A stretch of DNA of 37,561 nt from Chiloscyllium plagiosum (Eukaryota). Both the position numbers and the translations under genes were made by a program. Shown here one piece after another: positions 23,867 to 36,618 of this stretch. The number at the start of each line of letters is the position of its first letter. Positions within the stretch are counted from its first letter, which is position 1. The notes below the pieces were generated by a model. It made no database searches and had not been told where the DNA came from. It saw only the letters and a program-made list of their open reading frames with translations. The stretch is from positions 31,280,722 through 31,318,282 of the forward strand of contig NC_057719.1 in the NCBI RefSeq assembly GCF_004010195.1, written 5' to 3'.

Positions 23867-26590
23867 TTCATAATTTCATAAGATATAGAAGCAGAATAGA
23901 CCATTTAGCCCATTGAGTCTACTCCACTATTCAGTCATGGCCGAAATACTCCTCACTCCCATTTTCCTGCCTTCTCTCTATAACTCTTCAACCCATTACC
24001 AGTTAAAAATCTAACTCCTTCTTAAATTTACTCAGTATCCCAGCATCCAATGCACTTTGGGGTAGCAAATTCCACAGATTCACAACCCTTTGGGAGAAGT
24101 AGTTTCTCCTCAACTCTGTTTTAAATTTGCTACCCCTTAAGCTCAGACTTGCCTCACAAGAGGAAGCATTTCCTCCACGTCTATTTTATCTGTACCTTTT
24201 ATCGTGAATATCTCAATTTGATCTCCCCTCATTCTTCTAAATTCCAGAGAATATAGGTCTAAATTGTTCAATCTCTGTTCATATGTCAAACCCCTCATCT
24301 CTGGAATTGATGTAGTGAACCTTCTCTGAACTACCTTCAGTGCCACTACATCTTTCCTCAAATCAAGGACCAAACCTGTGCACAATACTTCAGGTGCGGT
24401 CTCACCGATGCTTTTACAATTGCAACAATACTTCCTTACATTCATGTCTGTTCCTTTAGCTATAAAAGCCAACATTTCATTTGCTGCCTTTTTTATCTGC
24501 TGTACCTGTATGCTAGTTTTCTATGACTTATGAACGAGGACACCCAGATCCCTCTGCACCGGAGCACCCTGAAGTCTCTCTCCATTTAGATAATAGCTCG
24601 CCTTCCCATTTTTCCAACTAAAATGCAAGACCTCACTTGCCCACATTAAACTCCATCTCCCACACTTTGGCCCACTCTCTTAACCTATCTATATCCATTT
24701 GTAAGAATCTTATTTCCTCATTGCACTTTACAGTCCCACCTATTTTTGTGTCATCCCCATATTTATCTATAGAGCCTTCTATCTCTGTATCCAAGTCGTT
24801 AATGTAGATTGTAAATAGCTGCGGTCCAAGGATCGAACCCTGTGGCACCCATTAGTTACTACTTGCCATCCAGGAAAAAAAAATCCATTTATCCTGACTC
24901 TGTTTTCTGTCCATCAGCCAGTCACCTATCCAAGCTAATAAATTATCCCTAATCCCATATGATCCAACCTTTTGTGAATTAACCTTTTGTGCAGCACCTT
25001 ATATCTGGACATCCAGAAGGTGTATGATATTATATCTACAGGATCCCCATTGTCCACTTTAGTCGTTACATCTTTGAAGAGCTCTAGCAAATTAGTCAAA
25101 CATGATTTGCTCTTCATAAAATCATGCTGACTGACGGCGTATTGACTTTCTAAATGTCCTGATATTGCTTCCTTGATAATTGATTCCAACACTTGCCCAA
25201 CAACAGATGTTAAGCCATCTGGTCTGTAATTTCCCATATTGCCTCCCTCCCTTTTTGAATAGGGATGTTACAGCATTTTTCCAATCCACTGGAATCTTTC
25301 CTGTATGCAGGGAATCTTGAAATACAATAACCAACGGATCCATTATCATCGTGACCACATCTATTAATACCCTTAGATTTAGGCCATCAGGCCCAGGGGA
25401 CTTGGCTGTCCTCAATCCCAGTAGTTTGCTGAGTACCTTTTCCCTGTCGATGTTGATTGTTCTAAGTTCTACGCTTTCTATTGCCTCTGACTTGCCCATT
25501 CCAATTGAAATGGTACTATTGTTGTCTGTGAAAACTGAGGCAAAGTATTGATTCAGCATCTCTGCCATTTCAGTGTTCCCCACTATTAACTCTCCAGTTT
25601 CATCTTCCAAGGGACCAACATTCACCTTAGCAATTCTCTTCCTTTGTATATACCGATAGAAGTTTCCTTTGATATTTTATGCTAGTTTTCTTTCATAATT
25701 TACCTTGGCTCTTTTTATTAATTTTTTTAGTTTCTTTGTTTGAAAGTTTCCCATTCTTCCAGCCTGCCACTGTCCTTTGCAATATGGTATACCTTAGTTT
25801 AATTTTATATAACCCTTTCCTCCTCGTTTAACCATAAATGTTTTCTTTTACCACCCTTATCATCTTTTTTCCTCACTGGGGTATATTTTAGTTGTGAGGA
25901 ATTGAGTAGCTGCTGAAACAATTGCCATTGCTCCTCTGCTGTCTTATCTCTTAGCCTTCCTGTTCAATTTACTCTGGCCTAATCTGTCCTCCTGCAAGTG
26001 TAATTTCTTTTGTTTAATTCCAGAACACTAGTATGGGACTCTACTTTCTCACCCCCAAACTGAATTTTGAATTCAATCATACTATGGTCTCTATTCCCCA
26101 GAGGATCCTTAACCATGATGTCATCAATTAATCTCTTCATTACACAATACCAAATCCAGAGTAGCCTGCTCCCTGGTTGGTTCCACAACATACAGCTCTA
26201 AGAAACAATCTCTAATACATTCAGTGAACTCTGCCTTTAGGCTACCCTTGCCAATTTGATTCTTCCAATCTGTTTGTTAAAATCACCCATAAGTATTGCA
26301 GAATCTTTCTTGCAATCCTCTAATACTTCCTGGTTTTTACTGTGCCCCATTACGGAACCACTATAGACTACTCCTACCAAGTATTTCTTCCCTTTTGCTA
26401 TTTCTTATTTCTACCCAGACTGCTTCTACATCTTGATCTCCTGTGTTTATGTCATTTCTCATTACAGCATTGATCTTTCTTCACCAGCAAAGCAACACAG
26501 CCTTCAGGACTCTTGATCTTAGTCACAGAGAACAGTGTCTATGCCCCGAACTATACTATCCCCAGTTACAAGTACATTTCCCGCCCCTGC
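23867..26590 (-). mobile_element. Long decayed CR1 LINE (ORF1 esterase remnant, endonuclease, RT) in FAU copy 1 intron 4
   Basis: Ordered ORF fragments: VLVTGDSIVRGID (ORF1 SGNH), [63 protein letters not shown]. 3' tail at 23867-23915. Confidence 0.92.
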
Positions 26591-26696
26591 TTGAATGATA
26601 AAGTGCAATGATAAATTTCCTTTCAGTAGAACTCTTATAATCTGGAGGCTGTGAATACACAACAGTCTTAAGTCTTGTACACACGTGGGAACCTCT

Positions 26697-27760
26697 AAGT
26701 CATAGAAGCAGAAGTAGGCCATTCAGCCCATCAGGTCTGTCCACCATTCAGTGAGATCTTGACAGATCTGGTAATCCAAGACTCTGCTTTCCTGCCTCTG
26801 CTTTATAACCCTTGATTCCCTTACAGATTAAAAATGTCTATCTCAACTCTGAATAAACGTAAGGACCCAACCTCAACAACTGTACGGTAAAGAATTCTAT
26901 AGATTCACAACCCTCAAAAGACATTCCTCCTCATCTGTTTTTAAAATATGCAACCCCTTATTCTGAAATGATGCTGAGACACTCTGGCGAAGGGAAATAA
27001 CCTTTGTCTATCCTGTCAAGTCCCTGAATCTTGTTTTAAGGTCCTGTTCTTCTATATTTGAATCAATACAAGCCCAATCTACTCAATGCTCCTCAAAGAC
27101 AATCCCTCTATGACTGGTATCGCCCTAGTGAACCTTCTTTGAGCTGCCTGCAATGCCATTGTATCATTCCTTAGACGAATGCTCCAAAACTGTTTGGTAT
27201 TCCATGTTTGGGACTGATTAGTGCCTTCCTTCCTTTCTTTTCATTCCTTATGAAATAAAGGCTGAGTCATTTCCTCATCCAAGTCATTAATATATATGTA
27301 AATTATTGTTGAGTTAATATGGATTCCTGTAGCACACCCTTAAACAGATCGCCAGCCTGAAATGCCTCCGGTATCTCATCTATATTTCGTTAGTTAACTA
27401 ATTCTCTATCCATGCTAGTATACTTGTAACCTCCATGAAGAATTTTAGAAAATTGCAGGCACGATTTCCCCATCATTATGCCATGCTGACTTATGATCGT
27501 ATCATGCATTTCTGAATGCTCTGCTACTACACATTCTTTTGTTATAAACTAATAGTTTCTCACTAACTGTCATAAAGCCTCTTCCCTTTTGTTAATTAAA
27601 GGCGTTAGATTGGTAGTTTTCCAATCCTCTGGGACTTAAAGGATTTCTGGAAGATTGTCAACAGTGCTTCTGTAGATGTTGCCTGACCTCCTGTGATTTC
27701 CAGCATTTTTGTTTTCGGGATATGCTTCCACTATCTCTAACTACTTCCCATGAGATGTAT
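26697..27760 (-). mobile_element. Second, more decayed CR1 fragment
   Basis: 3' tail GTCATAGAAGCAGAAGTAGGCCATTCAGCCC, followed by sequence colinear (with deletions) with the 23867-26590 element. Confidence 0.78.
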
Positions 27761-27997
27761 CTTAACATTTAGAATCAGGCGGTTTATTGGTTGTTAGCCC
27801 AATTAGTTTCCCTTTCACTTGCTATCTAGTGATAGTTATTTATTTCCTGTCCTTTTTATGTCTTGACCTCTGACATCCTTTTCTTATTTGGGAAAGCACA
27901 TGCCCTGCAATACTGCTTTTTGCCAAACTTGGCTCCAAGTGTTAGTGTTGTTTTCTACTAATATTTTAAATTTTCACTGATTTATTCTTTTGCATAG

Positions 27998-28123
<126 letters not shown>

Positions 28124-28255
28124 AATGTTGTTTTTCATCAAACTCAATGAAATGAATTGATATCTCTGCCTCCCTACCTTACAGACTGGCTCACTCAACT
28201 GGAGCTATTTCAGAAATGAAGTAATTGGTTTGTATTCAAATTCTGGATTGTGATT

Positions 28256-28295
28256 AATAAACATTTATTTCCAGCAGTTTTGAGTTTTTGTCTTG
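28256..28295 (+). terminator. FAU: FAU copy 1 polyadenylation signal
   Basis: AATAAA at 28256-28261, ~130 nt after the stop, followed by a T/GT-rich downstream element (GTTTTGAGTTTTTGTCTTG). Confidence 0.8.
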
Positions 28296-29344
28296 ATCTG
28301 TTCTATAGTATAACTTAATTCACTATATTCTGCTGATCCTTACTGTTAAGTTGATTGCTATTACAAAGCTATCTTGTCAATGATTAAGATTTCTTCTTTG
28401 ATACATTCTAGTTATGAGGTATGTTAAATTCTAGTTGCATTGTCTACTGGATTCTATATTGATGCAGTGATTTGTGCCTAAATTTATAATGAGTGTAAAC
28501 TTGAGAGATTTTTGTCTGAGGATCTAAGGCAGGGAATGCAGTCACCTTGGAAATGAGCTTAAATGGGAACAAATTATAATCACGATTTAATATTTATTCA
28601 ACATTTGATATCAAATTAAACCATAAGGGTTTTGTAACATAATTGATCTTTACTGATATGGTGGATTTCAAATCCAGCTAACTTGATTCACTTGGTCTAA
28701 TTGGCCTTGAGGAAGAGAGAAAGGGTAATTACAAATAATGTCCAATATCATCTGCACCCCATGGATTATTCTATCATATACAAGTGCTTGGCCATTATGG
28801 GATCTACAAACTAATGTCCTCCCTGGTTTACATGATTCTTAAAACTGAATCCTCATTTAAGAAAGGACTGCCAGTAACAGTTATTGGAGCTGCTAGTGGC
28901 AAATGAATCAAAGGCAATTTAATAAAAATAACCCTGGGTCAGCTCTTATTGTATTACTAGCCCTCCGATGATGGTCAATTCCTACTTTTAAGTTCAGATG
29001 CTTTTTTTTTAAACCTACGGAAAGAAATTCCACTAAATTTGGAGGAATTCCCTTAAAGCTCACTTACCCCCTCTTGATTTTATTCTGCATACCCTATGCC
29101 ATATTAGTCAGCTGTTTTTTGTCTACTGAAGCAGGACCAAAAAGACAGCCAACTATCAGTGTTAGAATAATACTCAAGTGCAAATCTCTGCTTTCAGTAA
29201 GATGGTGTAGAGGCAAGTTTAATCCAAAATCATTTTATAATTATAAAATGATTTTGGTGTCCAAATCACCAAAATTTTGTGTCAAAACAATAAAATTCAA
29301 ATTCCATTGGCTTCTGGTATCCTGGGCATAATTTAAACTATTCG

Positions 29345-29985
29345 AGGAGAAAGTGAGGACTGCAGATGCTGGAGATCAGAGCTGAAAATGTGTTGCTGGA
29401 ACAGCGCAGCAGGTCAGGCAGCATCCAAGGAACAGGAGAATCGACGTTTCGGGCATAAGCCCTTCTTCAGGAATGAGGAAAGTGTGTCCAGCAGGCTAAG
29501 ATAAAAGGTAGGGAGGAGGGACTTGGGGGAGGGGCTTTGGAAATGCGATAGGTGGAAGGAGAAATCTGAGTTCTCCAGTTTCCTCATTTCCTCTCCCCCC
29601 ACCTTGTCTCAGTCAAATCCCTCGAACTCAGCACCGCCTTCCTAACCTGCAATCTTCTTCCTGACCTCTCCGCCCCCACCCCACTCCGGCCTANNNNNNN
29701 NNNNNNNNNNNNNNNNNNNNNNNNNNNNNNNNNNNNNNNNNNNNNNNNNNNNNNNNNNNNNNNNNNNNNNNNNNNNNNNNNNNNNNNNNNNNNNNNNNNN
29801 NNNNNNNNNNNNNNNNNNNNNNNNNNNNNNNGGCGCAAGCTTTGCATTTCTTGCGGTTGCAGGGGAAGGTGCCGGGAGTGGAGTTGGGTTGGTGGGGGGT
29901 GTGGACCTGACGAGGGAGTGGTCTTTTCGGAACGCTGATAGGGAAGGGGAGGGAAATATATCCTTGGTGGTGGGGTCCGTTTGGA
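29345..29985. mobile_element. Penelope-like element spanning the assembly gap
   Basis: Starts with ACTGCAGATGCTGGA...GTTGCTGGAA...CAGCAGGTCAGGCAGCATC, the same motif class as 12687-12750 and 630-835. Purine- and pyrimidine-rich segments lie in opposite orientation. Confidence 0.6.
29694..29831. other. Assembly gap (138 N)
   Basis: Run of N. Confidence 1.
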
Positions 29986-30254
29986 CTAGTTGGTTAAATT
30001 CAAACTGCTGTCAAAACAACCACCAAAACTCAGGTGTCCATTTTCCAGCCATTTGTTACATTTACAGCAGCCTCATCTTTAGCTGGCTGCTGTGCCTTAC
30101 TTTAAATTCAGAAAAGCAGTTTAAGATAGAAAGTGATCATACATTCTTTGAGTTTTGAGACACTTTTAAATCTCAATTCTATATACAACAAATTTAAAAA
30201 GCGAGTAAAGTTGTAGTTTAGTCCAAATCGCTTATGGCACAGGAGATAAGTTGG

Positions 30255-30885
30255 TACAAGCAGTTCAGGATGAATGTAATCCCAAAGTAAACTCGTCCCA
30301 CCTGTCTGGGTTTTGTCCATACTCCTCCAAACATTTTTTATTCATGTACTTATCTATCTTAAACATTTGTAACTACTTGCATCCACCACTTCCTCTAGAA
30401 TTCTATACACAAACCACTGTTTAAAAAAAAAAAAATTTCTTTGTTTTAAAAGAGTGCCAATCCCCACCCTCTGGAAAAGACATCTGCCAATCACCTTGTC
30501 TATACCCCTCATGATTTCATTAACCTCTACAAGGTCACCTCTGAATCTCCTATACTCCAGAGAAACCTTACCTTATAACTCAAACCCTTTGGTTCCAGAA
30601 ACTTCCTGGTAAATCTTTTCTGAACCATCTCCACCTTAATATGCCCTATAACAGGGTGACCAGAACTATATGCAGCACACTAAAGAGGCCTCACCAGCAT
30701 CTTGTAAAATCTCAACATAATGTCCCAACTCCTGTACTCTAGTTGTGAGCAAAAAAGCAATCTTAGCCACCCTATCTACGTGTAGCAAACTTCAAAGAAC
30801 AATATACCTGAAGCATCATCTGCAAACACAACTATGACTTCAGCACCTTCATATAAATCCCTTATATAAATGACAAAAGTGAACC
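30255..30885 (-). mobile_element. CR1 LINE 3' fragment
   Basis: Colinear with the CR1 copies at 1486-2192 and 7419-8710. Confidence 0.8.
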
Positions 30886-31552
30886 CTATCCATTATCATT
30901 CTAAGCAGCAATCCAATCAGTCACATTCTACTCAACTTCTTAGTCCTGCAGGTTTACTCCCTTCAATACCCATCAAATTCTCTTTTGAAATCATTGGTTC
31001 TGCAGCCTTGGCACCTTCCAGATCATAACTACTCAGTGAGTACAAATATACTTCATGTTGTCTCACACTCCTCCCAGATTGCGTTGAAACTTGCAATTAT
31101 TTTATATACAGTGCCCTGTTGTAGAACATCTCAGCCAGCAGAAACAGAGTCAAGAGTTGCACAGCACGGAAACAGACCCTTCAGTCCAAATTGCCTATGC
31201 CAACCAGATATCCTAAATTAAATTAATCCCATTTGTCAGCATTTGGTCTTTTAAATAATGTAACATCCTGTTATTGGCCAGAAACTCAACTGGACTCAAC
31301 ACAAACACAAGTGCCTACAAGAGCAGGTCGGAGGCTAGGAATACTGGAAAACTCATCTCCTAACTCCCAAAGCCTATCCACCTAGATGGCATAAGTTAGG
31401 AGCGTGATCTTTTCTGCATTCATCCTGCCTACACTTGTAAAATGTTTTTAAGTCCTAACAAAACAAGAATATCAGTTCTTCTCTACTTTATCTCAAAGAT
31501 TGTAGATTCTGCCTTACACACACCATTTCAAGGAACATTTTAATTTGATGTG

Positions 31553-32130
31553 AGAGGAGCAGCCCACACGAACACTCAAATGTCCCTAATGAGTACACGT
31601 GGAAACTACGCATGGTCCAGACGATATTGACGACTCTGGCACGCTCCACCAGGAGAATTCAAATTGCGCACGCGCAGTCAGTCCGATGGCCCTCGACCGA
31701 CGGTCTTTGCACGTACGCATGCGCAGCTATTTGCCGTTATAGCGCGCGTGTGCAGTAGCTCCCTCTTTTTCTGTTTAGGGAGGTATTGGTGAAGTCGTTC
31801 CTGTTTTCACTGTGAAACCGGCCCTGACTTTTCTCGGTGAGTGATCGCAGTTTGTCGAGTTCTGAAAGGACGGATTTATCCTCTCCTTGCCTTGACTGTG
31901 TTGCGGGCTGTGGACTTTCAGCTCCTGGGGCTGTGTGTGTGTGTCAGCAAATGGCGCCGGGCCTGTGACCTGGGCTTCCCTTTGGGCCGGCGCCATTTGC
32001 TGGGAGTGCGGGCTGGCGGCGGCGGCACCTTCCTGCGGGAGGTCTATGTTAGAGGGTCTGAGGCTGGCGGATGTATTGGTAACCAGAAGCCACGCGGCGG
32101 CCTCCATTGGGCGAATCTCACGTTTTGTGG
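31553..32130 (+). promoter_or_regulatory. FAU: CpG-island promoter of FAU copy 2
   Basis: Near-identical to 13040-13615. Same E-box, NRF1-like sites (31665-31676), TOP tract (31759-31772) and paired YY1-like sites (31945-32002). Confidence 0.85.
31759..31836 (+). other. FAU: FAU copy 2 non-coding exon 1 (5'TOP)
   Basis: TOP tract and donor G|GTGAGT at 31837. Differs from copy 1 by one substitution and a 2-nt insertion. Confidence 0.72.
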
Positions 32131-32131
32131 G

Positions 32132-32452
32132 AGGGTGAGACCGCATCTCAGGGTGAGACCGCATCTGGAGTACCGTGTACAGAACTGGCCGCTCTGTTTA
32201 CCGAAGGAATTTAATGTCTCTGAGGTAGATCATGGAGGTTTTATAACACTTGGTGGAGTGAGTGAATTGCCTCATGATTGAAGGTACTGTGGTGTTTAGA
32301 AGAGTCAAAGGTGACATCGGGTCTACGTGGAAGGGATATTTCTCTTGTGAGGTAATCGAGAATTAGGGATCATATTTTTTTTTAAAATGAGGGTATGAGG
32401 AAAACCTTTCTCCAGAGTGACTGTTTTTTGGAATTCTGTTCTCCAAAATGCT
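32132..32452 (+). mobile_element. Decayed CR1 3' coding fragment abutting the copy 2 promoter block
   Basis: VRPHLEYRVQNW.. is the CR1 VRPHLEYCVQFW motif. Confidence 0.7.
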
Positions 32453-32454
32453 GT

Positions 32455-32627
32455 GATTAGATTTTTTTTAGATTACTTACAATGTGGGAACAGGTCCTTA
32501 GGCCCAACAAGTTCACACCGACCCAATGAAGCGCAACCGACCCAGACCCATTCCCCTACATTTACCCCTTTACCATACACTATAGGCAATTTAGCATGGC
32601 CATTTCACTTAACCTGCACACTTTTGC
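32455..32627 (-). mobile_element. 5'-truncated HE1-like SINE
   Basis: Reverse complement of the 3' half of the SINEs at 2204 and 7891, with a TAGAT tail. Confidence 0.8.
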
Positions 32628-32891
32628 TGTGTGTTAAGAATCTTTTAAGGCAGTCGTCGATTCTTTATTGCCAAGGGGATGCAATATTATCAGGGCTGTG
32701 TAAAGTTAAAAATCACACGACACCAAGTTATAGTCCTACAGGTTTAATTGGAAGCACACTAGCTTTCGGAGCGTCGCTCCTTCAGGTGGTAGGAATGTAG
32801 AATTCTGTTTAAAATCTGATCAACCGTGATATTGTTGAATGGCAAAACAGGCATGAAGAACTCAGTAGCCTACTCATGTTCCTTGTTCACA

Positions 32892-34073
32892 CGATTTGGA
32901 GATGCTGGTGTTGGACTGGGGTGTACAAAGTTAAAAATCGCACCACACCAGGTTTAATTGGAAGCACGCTGGGTTTCGGAGCATCGCTCCCTCATGTGAT
33001 AGTGGAGGGCTCAATCCTAACACAGAATTTATGGCAAAAATTTAGTGTGATGTAACTGAAATTATACATTGAAAAATTGATTGTCTTTCATCTGTTTGAA
33101 TACCATGATAGTTTCACTTCTTTCATGTGTAAATCACAAAACCTTTTTTTTAAAGTTGCATTCTCAGGTTAGCTGTTAACAATGGTGATAGCCAGACAAT
33201 ATGTTGAAGGTGTTACATTGCAGAGTTACATTGTACTTTGCTCAAAAACTGCATACATTCATGTAGAACTCTGAGCTTAAAAACTGCATGAATTTATGTA
33301 CAACTCTGTTACCTCACTTTTTAGATTAGAATCAATCTAAACATCAGGTCATAGACAGAGAACACAGGGGGCTAACACCTTCAACATATTGTCTAACCAT
33401 TGTTAACAGCTAACCCGAGAATGCAATTTTTAAAAAGCAAAGGTTTTGTGATTTAAACATTAAAGAAGTGAAACTATCACTGTATTCTAACAGATGAAAG
33501 GCTTAACAGACAATCAATTTTTCAATGTATAATTTCAGTTACATCACACTGCAAATTTTTGCTATAAATTCTGTTACAATCGAGCTCTCCACTATCACCT
33601 GATGAAGAAGCGTTGCTCCGAAAGCTAGTGTGCTTCCAATTAAACCTGTTGGACTATAACCTGGTGTTGTGATTTTTAACTTTGTACACCCCAGTCCAAC
33701 ACCAGCATCTCCAAATCATGACTTTTTTTAAAAGTTGCATTCTCAGGTTAGCTGTTAACAATGGGTGATAGCTAGACAATATGTTGAAGGTGTTAGCCCC
33801 CTGTGTTCTGTCTATGCCATGATGTTTAGATTTATTTCTCTTTTTTGATTAGGATCAGAGTTTTACATGAATTCATGCAGTTTTTGAGCAAAGTACAATG
33901 TAACCCTGCAAGTACAAATTCACCCCACAAAATGTGTGCTTGTAGGGGGGTGTGTGTGTCTGGGTTGGGGTTGAGTGTGAGAAAGTGCATCATCTGATGA
34001 AGGAGCGATGCTCCGAAAGCTAGTGTGCTTCCAACTAAACCTGTTGGACTATGACCTGGTGTTGTAATTTTCA
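32892..34073. mobile_element. Penelope-like terminal-repeat composite (fold-back) in FAU copy 2 intron 1
   Basis: Same family as 10208-13022. Inverted arms 32893-33215 and 33373-33717. Perfect 12-bp flanking direct repeat TCCTTGTTCACA (32880-32891; 34074-34085). Confidence 0.85.
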
Positions 34074-34379
34074 TCCTTGTTCACAGGTTTTCTAGTGACC
34101 TCAAATATCAGACAGCTCTTATTGATCTGAATCTACTTTACTACTGATATGCCCTCCTCCCAGTCTTGGCAGTTGTATTACTAAGGGCTAGAGTTCACTT
34201 GAGGGGTCACTCACTTCAGGTGGAGATGATTATTTTTCTGAGGACATTGTTTCAGAGAGACTCGATGGGAATAACAATTAATATTTCTCAATGTAGAGGA
34301 TGGAAAGTTTGAGGTATCAGGGTATACTGGGACATTTTTCACTGTAGTGTAGGAGGTTGAAGCGTGATTTTATTTTTAG

Positions 34380-35510
34380 AGGCTGATAAAATCAGGAGGG
34401 GCCTAACTAAGGTGAATAGCAAAAGTTGATTAACCTAGTGGTTGATTTCAAAATTAGGGGCCATATTTTTCAGGTAGGGAGAAAGATCTAAGGGCAACTT
34501 TGTCAGAGGGTGGTTTGTATATATAATGAAGTGGTGGATATAGGTACAGTTGCAACATTTAAGATATCTGGATAAGTACGTGAATAGGAAAGGTATAGCC
34601 CTAGGGATGTGGGCCAAACACAGGTAAGTGGGATGAGTTTAGTTTGGGAACATGGTCAGTGTGGACTAGTTGGACAGAAGGGTCTGTTTCCACAGTGTAG
34701 ACTCTCTTTCCCAATTAATACTGATTTTCTTCAGTTACTCGCTCTCTGTGGACCATGATATTTGAGTTACTTGGGTTATTTTTTGTGAAGATAGAATCAA
34801 AGTATATATTTAATCTGTATGCTTTCTTTTTGTTCCTCACAATAGCTTCCCCTGTTTCTTAATGAAAGGGACCTCATTTGTCTTCACTCTTCAGATACCT
34901 ACAGAAGCTTTTGCCATCAGTTTATATGTTCCTGTAAATGTACACTCCTACTGTCATCTTTTCCCTCTTGATGAAACCTTTTGTCTTCCTTCAAAATCTA
35001 AACGTCACTCAATCATCCAGTCTATTTTTGGCAAACTTTTGAATCAAATACTATCCCTAATTTCCCTCTTTCACTATGGTCAGGCTGACTTTCCAGTTTC
35101 ATTGCTGTGCCAGATAGAAATGAACACATGGAAGAAATGCAATATGTGCTCTTTAGATATTTTCCATTGTCCATCCACGATGATCCTTCCAAGTAAGCAT
35201 AGTCAGCTTGTGCCTTGTAACATTGAACCTTATTTAGATTCAGGGCCTTAGCCTCAATCAACTGTGTCAGTCTCCATCTTTAACGAATTCTAACATTATG
35301 GTCATGCTTCTGCAAGGGGGAACTGCCTGATGAAGTGATAGGTGCAGGTACAATGTTTAAAAGATATTTGGTTAAATGTCGAGATAAATGTCAAAAGGTG
35401 TAGAGGGAATTGGGCAAAATGCAGGCAAGTGGGACTAATTTAGTTTTGTAAACATTATTGGCATGGATGGGTTGAACTGAGGGTCTATTTCCATGCTATA
35501 TGACTCGATA
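34380..35510. mobile_element. Cluster of CR1 fragments (+ 34380-34705, - ~34840-35310, + 35320-35510)
   Basis: CR1 3' UTR tails (GGGTCTGTTTCCA...GACTCT) at ~34680 and ~35485, with a decayed ORF2 segment between them. Confidence 0.65.
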
Positions 35511-35934
35511 GTATCGTTAGCCTTGTCGTGTGAGGCAGTGTTCAACCCTAGTTGCTATGAGAAGTTGGTGGAATCTTTTGTAAACCACTACAGGAACAGT
35601 CTGGGAGATGGCTTGCTAGGCAACCTCAAAGGTGATTAAGAGTATGGGTCTGCAATTATGTATGGTCCTAACAAGTTAAAAATGACCAGTTTACTGCCAT
35701 TAGTTGAACTAACTAAACTTTATTGGCAATGAATATAGATTCATGTATTTCAGAGGTACCAGAGGATCAACAGTGATATCTGTGCATGAGCTGTTCCTTT
35801 TGTTGAAATATTTTATTGATGGCTATTTGTATTATTTGACTGGAAGCCAATTTGGAAATGAGTTGTAAGTGAAATGTAGGCACTTAGTGTTTTACACATT
35901 GAAAGATATTTTTGTTTTGTTTCCTAGAAGTATC

Positions 35935-36009
35935 ATGCAGCTGTTTCTACATGCTCAGAAGATCCACACTCTTGATGTGACTGGGGAAGAGACTGTTGGG
36001 CAAATCAAG
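35935..36009 (+). CDS. FAU: FAU copy 2 exon 2 (FUBI N-terminus); remaining exons would lie beyond the window
   Basis: Acceptor CTAG ending 35927, ATG 7 nt in (as in copy 1), [25 protein letters not shown], donor GTAGAC. 68/75 nt identical to copy 1. Confidence 0.9.
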
Positions 36010-36618
36010 GTAGACTGTACTAAATTGAGTACTAACGTTTTTGAGGCTAAAATCTCAATCTCTACAAATTACTAATTTGTATTTTTAACAATTACCCGGC
36101 ATTTGAGTCTTTTTCTGGTATTGATCCTATTCTTTTGATAGAAAGTTGTTTTTGGAATTAGTTTTTATAAATTGTCTCCACTTATGCTCCTGTCTATAAG
36201 GATATTTTCTGCCATGTTGCTGTACCCAATGATGAACTATACACAGTTTAGCAGTAAAAACTCCCAATTCGCTTATGGTTGAACATATTGCATTTGTCTT
36301 CGGCTGTTGTTTAGAGATTTGAGACCGCCCAAGGTATCCCTTGTAAAGCCTCTCTCTCTAGTTCGTCCCAGAGATCGTACTCTTTAGAATTCTGGAATAA
36401 AAACCTCTTGCAGACAGATTAGTTTAATTTTAGTCTTCCCCTTTATTCACTAATAGCGTCACTGTTACAACATAACACTGATGCCTCTAAGCTAAACTAA
36501 CTAGGTTCTAATAACCTAGGAGAATAGGGTACCAACTCTTCAAGTGCCCCAGCAGGCTACTCTGATATACTGACACAAAGTGACTTCCTTTATGCAAAAG
36601 TTTAAAGGAAATTGCGTG

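Noticed and set aside
29694..29831. The idea that the two FAU copies are just two haplotypes joined across the gap
   Set aside because: About 17% intron divergence, 7/75 exon differences and different old TE contents are too great for alleles. Read-level confirmation is still advisable.
36229..36330. ATGATGA box C-like motif in copy 2 intron 2
   Set aside because: No CTGA box D at a suitable distance, and it lies inside the candidate LTR.
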